A stretch of 42,094 nt of DNA from Promethearchaeota archaeon (GTDB taxonomy: Archaea; Asgardarchaeota; Lokiarchaeia; Sigyniarchaeales; SOKP01). Location of the stretch: contig JBHLLU010000034.1 of NCBI GenBank assembly GCA_048938895.1, forward strand, positions 1 through 42,094. Reading direction: 5' to 3'. Under the pieces are notes generated by a model. It saw only the letters and a list, made by a program, of their open reading frames with translations, made no database searches and was not told the DNA's origin. This document shows, piece after piece, positions 19,173 through 28,622 of the stretch (position 1 is the first letter of the stretch; every line of letters begins with the position of its first letter). The position numbers were made by a program, and so were the translations under genes.

Positions 19173-19982
19173 ATGGAAGGAATAAGGATTATTCAGCATG
19201 ATTATCTTTCTAAAGAAAAATTTATAAAACCCTTATGTATTTTAGGAATGCCAGGAATAGCTGATGTTGGTAAATTTGCTTTAGATTCCTTAATAGGGCA
19301 ACTTGATGCCAAAAATTTAATGGATATTATATTTGACGATTATCCAGCTGGAGCTATTGTTGATGATAGCATTTTATCGGCTCCAAAAGCAGAAATATTG
19401 TATTGGAAAGATCCCAATGAGTTAAGAGATATAATTTTAATAACTGCTGATGCTCAAAGTCTGACTCCTAAGGGTATATATCGGATCTCAAACTTTTTGA
19501 CAGAAATTATTCACCAATATGGAATTAGATTGATTGTGGCGTTGGGTGCTTATCCTGTAAGTAGCCGCAAACTTAATTCCAAAATTCCGAATATTTTTGT
19601 TAGTTCTACCAATCGGGAAATTTTAGATAATTATCTTCTTGTAACTAATTGTCAAAAGATACAGAAGGGTGTAATAATAGGTGCAAATGGATTGATTCCA
19701 ACTTTAGCAAAAGCAAGATATAATATTGATGGATTGGTTTTTCTTGCAGAAACTGATAATATGGCTATGGTTAATGAAGATATAACTGATTTAAGAGCAT
19801 CAATTACGCTTTTAGAAATGCTAAAAAAATCGTTTACCTTGCCCATTAAAAAGAAATATTCATTAGAAAATATTGAAGATATAACAAAGAACCTTCAACT
19901 CAAAAAAGATCAGCTAGAAAAAGATCTCGATACGTTCCAAGTTGTAGACACTGAGGATAAAAGAAAATCGCTTTACATTTAA
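19173..19982 (+). CDS. PAC2-family (proteasome assembly chaperone-like) protein
   Basis: GMPGIADVGK.A.D.LI, IILITAD.Q, IVALGAY, IIGANGLI, LAET, C-terminal LYI (HbYX-like). Confidence 0.85.
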   Translation: MEGIRIIQHDYLSKEKFIKPLCILGMPGIADVGKFALDSLIGQLDAKNLMDIIFDDYPAGAIVDDSILSAPKAEILYWKDPNELRDIILITADAQSLTPKGIYRISNFLTEIIHQYGIRLIVALGAYPVSSRKLNSKIPNIFVSSTNREILDNYLLVTNCQKIQKGVIIGANGLIPTLAKARYNIDGLVFLAETDNMAMVNEDITDLRASITLLEMLKKSFTLPIKKKYSLENIEDITKNLQLKKDQLEKDLDTFQVVDTEDKRKSLYI

Positions 19983-20074
19983 TAAATTTAATTCTCTTTC
20001 TTTCCCATTAAGCATCCCTTATTTTACAATCCTTTAGCACAAAATATTTTAATCATGAAATATTTAAATATAAT

Positions 20075-20224
20075 ATGAAATATGTGTGTGCTAGAAAGAG
20101 TTGCGGGAAAGAAGTAAGTAAAAAAGAACTAAGCGCACTTCCAGGCATAAAATGTTCTCACTGTGGATTTCGGATTTTATATAAAAAAAGACCAGATGTA
20201 ATAAAAAGGATCAAAGTTCGATAA
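20075..20224 (+). CDS. rpo12: DNA-directed RNA polymerase subunit Rpo12 (P), 49 aa; absent from the ORF track
   Basis: Manual translation MKYVCARKSCGKEVSKKELSALPGIKCSHCGFRILYKKRPDVIKRIKVR; Zn ribbon plus IKC..CG.RILYK.RP signature. Confidence 0.92.
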   Translation: MKYVCARKSCGKEVSKKELSALPGIKCSHCGFRILYKKRPDVIKRIKVR

Positions 20225-20278
20225 TTTTTTTTTAAATTAGAAATTTTACCTAATTTAAATTCCAATTGCTTTAACTGT

Positions 20279-21217
20279 TCAAATGTTTAAATCAAACTTT
20301 AAATGGTTGACTAATTCCTTATATCTATTTCGTATAGTTGCTTCTGTTACTCCCGCCGCAATTGAAATTTCTTTTTGGGTTCTTCTTTCTCCTTCTTGAA
20401 TTGCCGCAACATATAATGCCGCACCTGCTAAACCCGTTGGTGCTTTTCCTGCTGTAATACGATGCATTTTAGCAAGTTCTAGAATAGAAGCCGCTCTATT
20501 TTGAGTTCTTCCCGATAATTTTAAATCTGCGCAAAAACGCGGAATAAAATTAATTGGAGATGATACATGGATATTTAATTTAAGTTCATTTAATATTAAT
20601 CGATAACACCTAGCAATTTTTTTCTTATCAACAGAAGCAAATTCAATAAAATCATCTAGGGTTTTAGGTACATTGTTCAATCTACAAGATAGATAAATTG
20701 AGGCAATTAGCATAGCTTCGATGGATCTTCCTCTGATTAAATTCTTGTTTGCCATTTTTCTATATATATGAGCTGCGGATTCTTTTATATCTTTAGAGAG
20801 ATTTAATTGTGAGGCAAAACGATCTAATTCATTCATGGCATATGCTAGATTTCTATCTATAGATTTGTTGGTTCTAGTTCGAACATGCCATTTCCTTAAA
20901 CGGTAGACTTCTGCCTTCATTTTTGGACTAATTGCTTTTCCAAAAGCATCTTTATTCTTCCATCCAATCATAGTACTTAGTCCTTTATCATGGAGTGTTA
21001 AAGTAGTGGGTGCTCCAACTCTCACTTTTCTGTTCGCCTCTTCAGAAGTGAATGCTCTCCATTCAGGACCAGAGTCTATGACTCTTTGATCGAGTACTAA
21101 ACCACAGTCATTACAAACGATCTCCCCACGTGTGTCGTCGCAGATCAAACTTTTGTTACCACATTCTGGGCAAGAATTTAAATTTTTTTGAGGTATTGAA
21201 AGATCCGTCAAATCCAA
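20279..21217 (-). CDS. tfb: Transcription initiation factor IIB
   Basis: CPEC...GEIVC..CG Zn ribbon, GPEWRAF, HDKGLST, cyclin repeats, TEATIRNRYKEL. TTG start. Confidence 0.97.
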   Translation of the reverse strand: MDLTDLSIPQKNLNSCPECGNKSLICDDTRGEIVCNDCGLVLDQRVIDSGPEWRAFTSEEANRKVRVGAPTTLTLHDKGLSTMIGWKNKDAFGKAISPKMKAEVYRLRKWHVRTRTNKSIDRNLAYAMNELDRFASQLNLSKDIKESAAHIYRKMANKNLIRGRSIEAMLIASIYLSCRLNNVPKTLDDFIEFASVDKKKIARCYRLILNELKLNIHVSSPINFIPRFCADLKLSGRTQNRAASILELAKMHRITAGKAPTGLAGAALYVAAIQEGERRTQKEISIAAGVTEATIRNRYKELVNHLKFDLNI

Positions 21218-21375
21218 CCCTTTAAAAAATCTCTTCTTTAATTCTCATAATTAATGTTGTACATATAAATATTTGCGTTTTGAGGATTTGTCCATTAATA
21301 ATTATCTCATATTTTTTTTTTGTATTTTATCTTAGATCGTAACATTTTAATAAGTTTGTTCTTTCTTCTAATATA

Positions 21376-21840
21376 ATGCGACATTTTTATAAATCACACG
21401 GAAAACATTGTTATCTCCGATCTTTTCAAACAAAATGCAGAAAGTGTGGTGCAGATGTATTATATTGGGAGTGCAGGCATGGAAGTAAGATTTTTTTTGA
21501 CTACCCCCCCTATGGAAAATTAATAAGACATATTTGTCGGCAGCCCACCACAAATTTACAGAGAAAGAAATTATTTCCGGTTATTGTTAAAACTCCTAAA
21601 GGCCTTTTAGAAAAAGAGTCCCCAACTTGTCCGATGTGTGGTAAATTATTTAAAACATTAGAAAGCCTTAATGATCACCTAAATAATCTGAAAAATCAAG
21701 ATTCTTTACATGAAAGTTTTAATAATAATAATATGGATATTGACTTTGGATACCAAGGAAAAAATCGAAAAAACATTGATAAATATAATGTATATTATGG
21801 CTCAAAATTTGGTAAAATAAATGTCAAAAAAAAGAAATAA
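21376..21840 (+). CDS. Hypothetical zinc-finger protein
   Basis: CRKC...C.H...H.C cluster and C2H2-like CPMCGKLFKTLESLNDHL. Confidence 0.7.
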   Translation: MRHFYKSHGKHCYLRSFQTKCRKCGADVLYWECRHGSKIFFDYPPYGKLIRHICRQPTTNLQRKKLFPVIVKTPKGLLEKESPTCPMCGKLFKTLESLNDHLNNLKNQDSLHESFNNNNMDIDFGYQGKNRKNIDKYNVYYGSKFGKINVKKKK

Positions 21841-21963
21841 AAGCTATGTTAATGTTATAGATAAATTTTTAAAAAATAAGTTTATACTTATTTTATAATA
21901 AAATGTAATTTCGCTATTTTTTTAAAAAGACTATTATATAATATCAAAATAAAGGAAAAAAAG

Positions 21964-22596
21964 ATGCCAGTAGATCCTGCGACTGCCGTATATAATTTAA
22001 TGCAAGCAGATCCTAATATTATTGCCGCAGCAGTAGTAAGAGGGAGAGATCTTGTTTATACCACAGACAATTGGGATATTAGTGGAGATATTAGTAGAAT
22101 AATATCAAGTTGGACAGGTCAAAATGCTCAATTCATCATGGTATCCGGAGTAAAATATTCAATTTTACAGATGGAATCCGAACGTTTGGTTGCTATATCA
22201 TTGAAAGGTGAAGGAAGTATATGTGCAGCAAAAGATGATGAGCACAAATTAATATGCTATCTTCAACCAGATGGTGATGCTCGTGGGGCTATTATGGACG
22301 TTCAAAGAGCTGTTGGATCTATGAGGTCACAGGGACCATATTTGGATGATGGAGCCCAATTGGGTCAAAAATCCGCTCAAATGGTGGGTGCATCATCAGT
22401 AGGAGGCTCAGTTTCGACAAGTGGGACAAATATTGATCCACAATTAATGGGGGAAGTTAAAACCTTTTTAGACTGGATTAAAGATAGTGAAGGCTTAGCA
22501 GGATACATAAGTTATTATCTTCAACAAAATAATACTCAAATTATTTCTGAATTATCCAAGATATATGCTGAATTAAGGCAAATTTTTGGTGTTTGA
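21964..22596 (+). CDS. Asgard profilin-domain protein with C-terminal extension
   Basis: Residues ~1-120 show the Loki-profilin pattern (T.NW.IS.D, I..GVKY.I.....ERL......G.G.I), followed by a G/S-rich linker and a ~55-aa helical tail. Confidence 0.75.
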   Translation: MPVDPATAVYNLMQADPNIIAAAVVRGRDLVYTTDNWDISGDISRIISSWTGQNAQFIMVSGVKYSILQMESERLVAISLKGEGSICAAKDDEHKLICYLQPDGDARGAIMDVQRAVGSMRSQGPYLDDGAQLGQKSAQMVGASSVGGSVSTSGTNIDPQLMGEVKTFLDWIKDSEGLAGYISYYLQQNNTQIISELSKIYAELRQIFGV

Positions 22597-22799
22597 ATTA
22601 GATTTCCTTCAGAAACTTTATAGATTCTAAAGATCTAAATAAATTTTTATTTAAAATTTTTTATCATTCTATATATCATATTATCTTGTTAATTAAAAAT
22701 GGTCAAAGTTTTAGAACCTAAAAACAATTCATATAGTAAAGAGAATATATAATTTAAGAAAATTAAAAATAACATCATGATCCTCAGTGATAAGAGGTT

Positions 22800-23225
22800 A
22801 TGCACGTGAAAGATGATAAGAGAGAAAAAAAACTTGCGAAGCTAAAACAAATTATTGAAGAAAAAAGTTACTCTACAAAAGAACACGAGGATCTTGATAT
22901 CCCTACTGTTCCCGAACCCCCAAAGAAAAAGAATGCATTGACAATTGATTCTCCAGATTTAGCCCCTGATGTTCTTGAACGTATTAAAAAAGCGGAGTCT
23001 CCCAATATAAAGGTGGTTTTGGTTAATTGTGAAAGATGTAAAGCAGTTATTCCCATCCCGGTCCCTAAAAAAGTTGTAATTGAATCTAAAATACCAATTG
23101 TTCCCGTAAGTTATGTTCATAAAAATTTGGAGAATAAAGATCAGCACTGTATCACGATTCATCTAGATCACGATTTTGATATTCGAAGGCAAAGACTTTC
23201 TGATGTAGTTATTGCTTCTGATTGA
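22800..23225 (+). CDS. Hypothetical protein with putative metal-binding C-terminal domain
   Basis: Charged/Pro-rich N-half; CERC...YVH...HC..IHLD..F.IRR C-half. Confidence 0.75.
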   Translation: MHVKDDKREKKLAKLKQIIEEKSYSTKEHEDLDIPTVPEPPKKKNALTIDSPDLAPDVLERIKKAESPNIKVVLVNCERCKAVIPIPVPKKVVIESKIPIVPVSYVHKNLENKDQHCITIHLDHDFDIRRQRLSDVVIASD

Positions 23226-23288
23226 ATTAATTATATAACGATTATCCCTGTATTTTATTATCAAAACAAAAGAAATTTGGTAATAGTA

Positions 23289-23651
23289 ATGAAAGTAATA
23301 GTTGAAAAAAGTTTTTCGATAGATGATTATGTTCTTTATATTAAACTTTTCAAGCTTCATAATAGTTTTTTGATGATGGTCTCTGATCAAGAGGATTTGG
23401 GAATTGGAAACGTTGCCTTAGGGACACCTCCATTAATTGATGGGATTAAAACACCCACGGCTTCTTATAATTTATTTGGTATAAATGATAAGTTAATAAG
23501 CACAATAATTGTTGAAAAAGTCTCCAAAAAATTAAATGCTCCAGTTTTACTTCTCTTATTTTTGAAAAACAGAAAGGATGAGGAAGTTGTTATTAAACCT
23601 TTAGTTCATTTCATCAATATTATATTAGATGGCCTATCTGAAAAAGAATAA
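23289..23651 (+). CDS. PAC4-like (proteasome assembly chaperone 4 family) protein
   Basis: KL.NSFLMMVS....GIGNVALG.P...T.S..LFG...S......VSKKL..PV.L pattern resembles PAC4/PSMG4. Start set at ATG 23289. Confidence 0.6.
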   Translation: MKVIVEKSFSIDDYVLYIKLFKLHNSFLMMVSDQEDLGIGNVALGTPPLIDGIKTPTASYNLFGINDKLISTIIVEKVSKKLNAPVLLLLFLKNRKDEEVVIKPLVHFINIILDGLSEKE

Positions 23652-23721
23652 GAATAGTTGAGGTAGTATTTTAACTAAAAAGAAAATATTTATAACTTTC
23701 ATGACATTATTATTTCAAAAT

Positions 23722-23870
23722 GCAGAGATAACCAAGCCCGGTCAAAGTTTGTAATATTACAAACGATTTTCGGTGATGGACTCAAGATCCATTGGCATAG
23801 GCCTACGGGGGTTCAAATAAGGTGGTTTTAACTCAGCTCTTCGCTCCTTTTGAAAATCCCTCTCTCTGCA
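23722..23870 (+). tRNA. tRNA-Leu(CAA) with two non-canonical introns: D-loop (23746-23770, 25 nt) and T-loop 59/60 (23818-23856, 39 nt)
   Basis: GCAGAGA/TCTCTGC acceptor, ATGGA-CTCAAGA-TCCAT anticodon arm, long variable arm. Both inserts fold as BHB motifs and their removal restores the cloverleaf. Confidence 0.9.
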
Positions 23871-23981
23871 TTTCCTTTAAATAAATCCTTTCATTTTAGA
23901 ATAATAGATAAATTTTCTAAGGGCTTACTAATTCAGTATAGATTTTTTCTATCTACCAAAATTAGAAATGAGATTTTATTA

Positions 23982-24221
23982 TTATTGACCGAAAAGAGGT
24001 AATACAAACATAAATATCATCATAGCTGCCATCATAACTATAAGAAATATGCATTGAAGCCTTCCTTTTTTTTTCTGCTTTCTTTCATGGTCAATCATAT
24101 TATCTTTACAAGTTTGGCTACAGAATTTCTTATCAGTAGGCATTGCTTTCCCACAGACAGGACAGTGACTATGAGGCCCCCATTTTTTTTTAATCTGGTC
24201 TTTCCATGAAGATTGAGACAT
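23982..24221 (-). CDS. DUF2116-like Zn-ribbon protein with C-terminal transmembrane helix
   Basis: PHSHCPVCGK..P.DKKFCS..C followed by a basic patch and a hydrophobic tail. Confidence 0.85.
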   Translation of the reverse strand: MSQSSWKDQIKKKWGPHSHCPVCGKAMPTDKKFCSQTCKDNMIDHERKQKKKGRLQCIFLIVMMAAMMIFMFVLPLFGQ

Positions 24222-24297
24222 TTTATTTTTTACTCATTTATCCTAATCTTTAATTAATAAGTATAAAGTTTATTGGTTAAAATATTTTATGATTTCT

Positions 24298-25023
24298 TTA
24301 TTCCTTTGAGATTTCAGTTCCAATAATGCCTTTTTCTCCATCCCAAAACCTATTAAAATTGTTTAAATCTGTTCCAGACATTATCATCACATTTATATCA
24401 CTACGTTTCAGTATTTGTAAAGATACTATATCGAAAATTCGATACTCTCCAGCAGCAGCTTGGGTTTTTTCTTTTACATTTAAAAGGATCTCCTGTAATT
24501 GGTCATAGTTAACTCTTTTTAATAATTTTGCGTCATTAAATTTCTTAGGATCCATATTATAAATTCCATCCACATCTGTAAGGATAATTAATCTTTCTGC
24601 ATGAATAAACTCTGCAACTTCTAGTGCAACAGAAGTTGTTGATTGACCTGGTTGTAGTCCACCCATTACAATTATTTTATTAAACAGTAAGGCTATAGAA
24701 AGTTCTTCAACTGATTTTGGGACTTGAGGATAGGCACACTCTTGAAAACAAGCTATAAGTAATTTAGCGTTCATGCGAGAGATTTCTATGCCAAAAATGT
24801 CACACAAGGCCTCTGATCCATTAAAAAACCTGATAACATCAATGAAATCTCTTGCAAGTAATCCTCCTCCGCAAACTATAATGATCCTGCCTTCTTCTTT
24901 CTTAGCTCCACAAATTTTACAAAATTTAGCAATTTTATTTCTATCAATTTCATTTTTCTCGTTAAAAAGTAATGATCCACCGATCTTTATAACTGTATTT
25001 CCTTTCATAACATTTTCATTCAA
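24298..25023 (-). CDS. pyrH: Uridylate kinase (archaeal type)
   Basis: VIKIGGS, VCGGG.LAR, D..GI..SR.NA, MGG.QPGQST..VA, TDVDGIY..DPK. Confidence 0.93.
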   Translation of the reverse strand: MNENVMKGNTVIKIGGSLLFNEKNEIDRNKIAKFCKICGAKKEEGRIIIVCGGGLLARDFIDVIRFFNGSEALCDIFGIEISRMNAKLLIACFQECAYPQVPKSVEELSIALLFNKIIVMGGLQPGQSTTSVALEVAEFIHAERLIILTDVDGIYNMDPKKFNDAKLLKRVNYDQLQEILLNVKEKTQAAAGEYRIFDIVSLQILKRSDINVMIMSGTDLNNFNRFWDGEKGIIGTEISKE

Positions 25024-25077
25024 AATTTCTATTTAATAATATATAGATGATTTAATAAATTAAGTTACCTACGATTT

Positions 25078-26037
25078 ATGGAGTCTTTCAAAAGAGAAGT
25101 TACTGTTGTTGTTCCTCATAGGATCTCTGGTTTTTTTGAAATTGTCGATGAATTAAATGGAAAAAAAATTGTTGATCCAGTAAAGATTGGTTCGAGAGGG
25201 GCTGGTTTTAACTTGAGTGCTGTGGGAAGAACAAGAATAAGAGTGGAAGAATTAGATAAAGATAGCGACCAAGAAATATGTATATCTATAAATGATGAAA
25301 GGGTCAATCAAAATGCGGAAACAACATATTTTATCTATAATTATGTCAAAAAATTTTTTGAAAAGCCTCTAAAAATCAACATTTATCACGATTTTGATCT
25401 TCCTGTGGGATGTGGTTACGGTGCTAGTGGTTCTGGAGCTTTAGGAACAATATACGGCCTTACTAGTGTATTGGATTTGGGTTTATCAAATGCTGAAAGG
25501 GGAAAAATTGCTCATATTGCAGAAGTTAAGAATCATACGGGATTAGGGACGGTTTGTGGGCAACTACGCGGTGGATTGTGCATTTTGAAAGAACCAGGTT
25601 ATCCTTGTGTTTCTGAAAGCATTGAATTTCCCAGGAATATAAAAATTATTGCAGGTTCCTTTGGAATAATACACACTAAATCAATTTTGACGGATCCTGT
25701 TCTAAATTTGAAGATTAAAAAAGCAGGAAAAAGGGCTCAAGTCAAATTACTACAAAAACCAAATATAAAATCATTTATAAATGCTTCGATTGAATTTGTG
25801 AAAGAAACTGATATACTTAGCATTCTCAAATTACATAAAATCGAAAATTTAATAGAAAATTTAAATAAATTAAAGATTTTGGGGGCCAGTATGAACCAAT
25901 TGGGAAGATCTGTATATACTATTTGTAAGGAGCAGCAAGTAAAAGAAGTTATAGAGATTTTAAATACATATAAACCAGAAATAGCTATATATGATTTGTC
26001 TATAAATAAAAATGGACCGAGAATAATAGATAATTAA
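25078..26037 (+). CDS. Pantoate kinase (GHMP family), archaeal CoA pathway
   Basis: VP.RISGFF, GSRGAG, LPVGCGYGASG.GAL, AH.AEV...TGLGTV, SMNQLG. Confidence 0.9.
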   Translation: MESFKREVTVVVPHRISGFFEIVDELNGKKIVDPVKIGSRGAGFNLSAVGRTRIRVEELDKDSDQEICISINDERVNQNAETTYFIYNYVKKFFEKPLKINIYHDFDLPVGCGYGASGSGALGTIYGLTSVLDLGLSNAERGKIAHIAEVKNHTGLGTVCGQLRGGLCILKEPGYPCVSESIEFPRNIKIIAGSFGIIHTKSILTDPVLNLKIKKAGKRAQVKLLQKPNIKSFINASIEFVKETDILSILKLHKIENLIENLNKLKILGASMNQLGRSVYTICKEQQVKEVIEILNTYKPEIAIYDLSINKNGPRIIDN

Positions 26038-26042
26038 AGTAT

Positions 26043-26858
26043 TTAATCCTTCTCATTCATGGATTTTGATTTTAACGTAGCAGCCTCTACAGCTCGAATA
26101 AGTGTTGCTCTGAGTTTTGCTGATTCAAGTTCATGTATTGCTGTTATAGTTGTACCTCCTGGTGTTGCAACCATATCTTTTAGCTCTCCAGGATGTTTAT
26201 TAGTTTCTAATACCAATTTTGCTGATCCTAATACCATCTGAGCCGCTAATCTTAATGCTATTTCTCTTGGGAGTCCCATTTTAACACCACCATCTGCTAA
26301 AGCTTCCATGATAATGAAAAGATAAGCAGGTCCACTTCCTGATAACCCTGTTACCGCATCTAAATGTTTTTCTTCTAATTCTACAACTAAACCGAGTTCA
26401 TTGAAAATGTTTTTTACAAATTCTAATTCAGGTTGTTTTATATATTCATTAACTGAGATTGCAGAAGCTGCTGCTTTTACCATTGCGGGAGTATTTGTCA
26501 TAATTCTGACAATCCCAATCTTCTTATCAACATATTTACTAACATGAGAAATTGAAATTCCGGCGGCAATTGTTATGATTACATGTGTAGCCGTTATTAA
26601 TGAGCTAATTTCTTCTAAGACTTTATCTATTACTTGTGGTAAAACTGCGATTAAAATGAACTTTGCTTCTTGTACAACATGTTTATTATTATCAGCAACA
26701 TCTACGTTGAATTCTTTTTTTCTTGCCAAACGGATATCTTCACTGATATCGTAAATAATAATCTTCTCTTTCTTCAAAATACCAGAATTAATCAAAACCC
26801 TTAAAAGCGTCGAACCAATTTTTCCAACACCAATAATCCCTAATTCTTTCTTAAACAT
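26043..26858 (-). CDS. proC: Pyrroline-5-carboxylate reductase
   Basis: GVGKIG, IAAGI, R.MTNTP, TGLSGSGPAY, EALADGGV.MGL, HPGELKD.V.TPGGTTI. Confidence 0.96.
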   Translation of the reverse strand: MFKKELGIIGVGKIGSTLLRVLINSGILKKEKIIIYDISEDIRLARKKEFNVDVADNNKHVVQEAKFILIAVLPQVIDKVLEEISSLITATHVIITIAAGISISHVSKYVDKKIGIVRIMTNTPAMVKAAASAISVNEYIKQPELEFVKNIFNELGLVVELEEKHLDAVTGLSGSGPAYLFIIMEALADGGVKMGLPREIALRLAAQMVLGSAKLVLETNKHPGELKDMVATPGGTTITAIHELESAKLRATLIRAVEAATLKSKSMNEKD

Positions 26859-27032
26859 ATATAATCATTTATCTCTATTCATAAAAATTCAAACAATTCT
26901 TAGATATATACTAATTAAAGTTCATTTTTAAAGTCATAACAGATGGTTTATTAAAAAGAGATAAGGGAAAATTGTTAAATTATTATGACAAAATCATGAT
27001 TAAAGAGGAAACAAACCCCTTTCATCCATTTG

Positions 27033-27764
27033 CTAAGTATACAAATTGGATTTCAAGTCTTCGATAAGATCCGATCTTATAATGCCATTATTTCTATCAA
27101 ACCCATCACATACCATACTTCGTACACCGATTATATCTGGATTTATTTTTCGAATATTAGGTAAGTCATTTTTCCTAATATTACCTGCTAAGGCGATTTT
27201 TAAATCTAATTGATGAGATTTTTCTTTAAATTCGATTAACTGTTTGACACTTAAAAAATCAAATATTCCCTGGTTATCTTTGATATATGTATCTAGCATA
27301 GCTATATCAGCACCAGACTCTGCAGTAATTATAGGAATGGATAAAAAATCTAAACAAGAATCTACTCTTATAAAGTCGGCATACCCCGCAGTTACTACTT
27401 TTGCTGTACTTTTATAATTTTTTACTGCTTTCACTACAGCTTTCATTAATTTGATACCTTCCTTAATATTTTTTGGTCCTTTTAATCCGACTTTTATTAT
27501 ATCAGCCCCAGATACTACAGCACCTAGTGCAGCTAAAGAAGCAGAACCGGGTAAATTAGGAAAATCCCCAATTGTAGCACTTAATAATTGGGAACCATAT
27601 TTAGGTAGTAAATTCTTCATTTCTTTGATAATCCAAGGAAAATTAGCCCCAAGAGAACCTTCCTCTGGATTCTTACAGTCTATAAAATCAACATTAGCGG
27701 TAACGACAATTTTAGCCTCTTCAATTGTTTTAGGGCTAACCAAAAGTTTAGTATTATTCCGCAT
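27033..27764 (-). CDS. mfnB: (5-formylfuran-3-yl)methyl phosphate synthase (4-HFC-P synthase), methanofuran biosynthesis
   Basis: LLVSP...EEA, ID.KNP.EGSLGANFPW.I, SATIGD, IKVGL, MLDT..K, ALAG, PDIIGVR. Confidence 0.92.
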   Translation of the reverse strand: MRNNTKLLVSPKTIEEAKIVVTANVDFIDCKNPEEGSLGANFPWIIKEMKNLLPKYGSQLLSATIGDFPNLPGSASLAALGAVVSGADIIKVGLKGPKNIKEGIKLMKAVVKAVKNYKSTAKVVTAGYADFIRVDSCLDFLSIPIITAESGADIAMLDTYIKDNQGIFDFLSVKQLIEFKEKSHQLDLKIALAGNIRKNDLPNIRKINPDIIGVRSMVCDGFDRNNGIIRSDLIEDLKSNLYT

Positions 27765-28088
27765 GACTTAATATATATAATTTAGAGATATTAAAAAATC
27801 TATTTACAACTTTAGTTAGGATTCCAGATTAATATCCATGACTTAAGATGTAATATAACTAACATTTTAAACTATCACTTAAATTGCGATTAATCCATAC
27901 TAAAATGAAGTGATCTTTAATCTGAGATTCTATATAATTTTAATATTTAAAAAACCATTGAGATTTCTAAATTAGAACAGCAGAAAAATAAAATCAAAAC
28001 CTTTAAAAAAATGTGTTGGTACAACTATATATAAAAATTTAAATTAAAGCATTTTTATTAAATATAAAAAAAAGAATTATAGGTTATT

Positions 28089-28616
28089 ATGTCTCCTAAA
28101 GAAATTACTAAATTAGAAATTACTGAGGAAGTATTTAAAGAGCCAAAAGAAGTGATAGATAAACTATCTTCAAATATGGACCTTAAGTATACAAAAGTAA
28201 TTCAAACTTATGTCATGGAAGATCGTAGATTAAACCTTGCTTTAGAACATGAAGGTTCGAGCTATTTTAAGGGAAAAGTCGTCTGGATTGGGAATAAAAA
28301 AGATGATACTGATGGATCAATATTTTGCGTCGATACTCGAGACGAATTAAAACAAATTAGCCCAACTGCCGAAAACACTGAAAGTGTAGTATTTGATGTA
28401 AAAAAGGATCTAATTAAAGTATCTACTGCTTCAAAAACTAAATGTTCTGTATGTGGTAAAAATATTGAAATTTTTGATGAGGTTACTGGATGTCCAATAT
28501 GTGAAGCAAAAGCACATAAAGACCATTTAACAGACTGGGTTAGAATGAAACATACATGTCCTGTTTGTAAGAAATCGCTAAATGTTTCCAGCACCGGGGT
28601 AATTTTTATTGACTGA
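28089..28616 (+). CDS. Hypothetical protein with C-terminal RING-like zinc finger
   Basis: CSVC-x11-CPIC-x4-HKDH...W......CPVC. Confidence 0.8.
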   Translation: MSPKEITKLEITEEVFKEPKEVIDKLSSNMDLKYTKVIQTYVMEDRRLNLALEHEGSSYFKGKVVWIGNKKDDTDGSIFCVDTRDELKQISPTAENTESVVFDVKKDLIKVSTASKTKCSVCGKNIEIFDEVTGCPICEAKAHKDHLTDWVRMKHTCPVCKKSLNVSSTGVIFID

Positions 28617-28622
28617 TACCTT

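Noticed and set aside
21222-21248. 8-codon upstream ORF ending 4 nt before the TTG start of tfb
   Set aside because: Its ATG is too close to the nearest TATA-like element to be transcribed from it, and there is no other support.
22800-23651. TGA at 23223-23225 is in frame with the downstream PAC4-like ORF with no intervening stop (possible selenocysteine or readthrough fusion)
   Set aside because: No Cys-like redox context or SECIS was recognised, both ORFs look complete, a TATA-like TTATATAA lies in the spacer, and a short open linker is plausible by chance.
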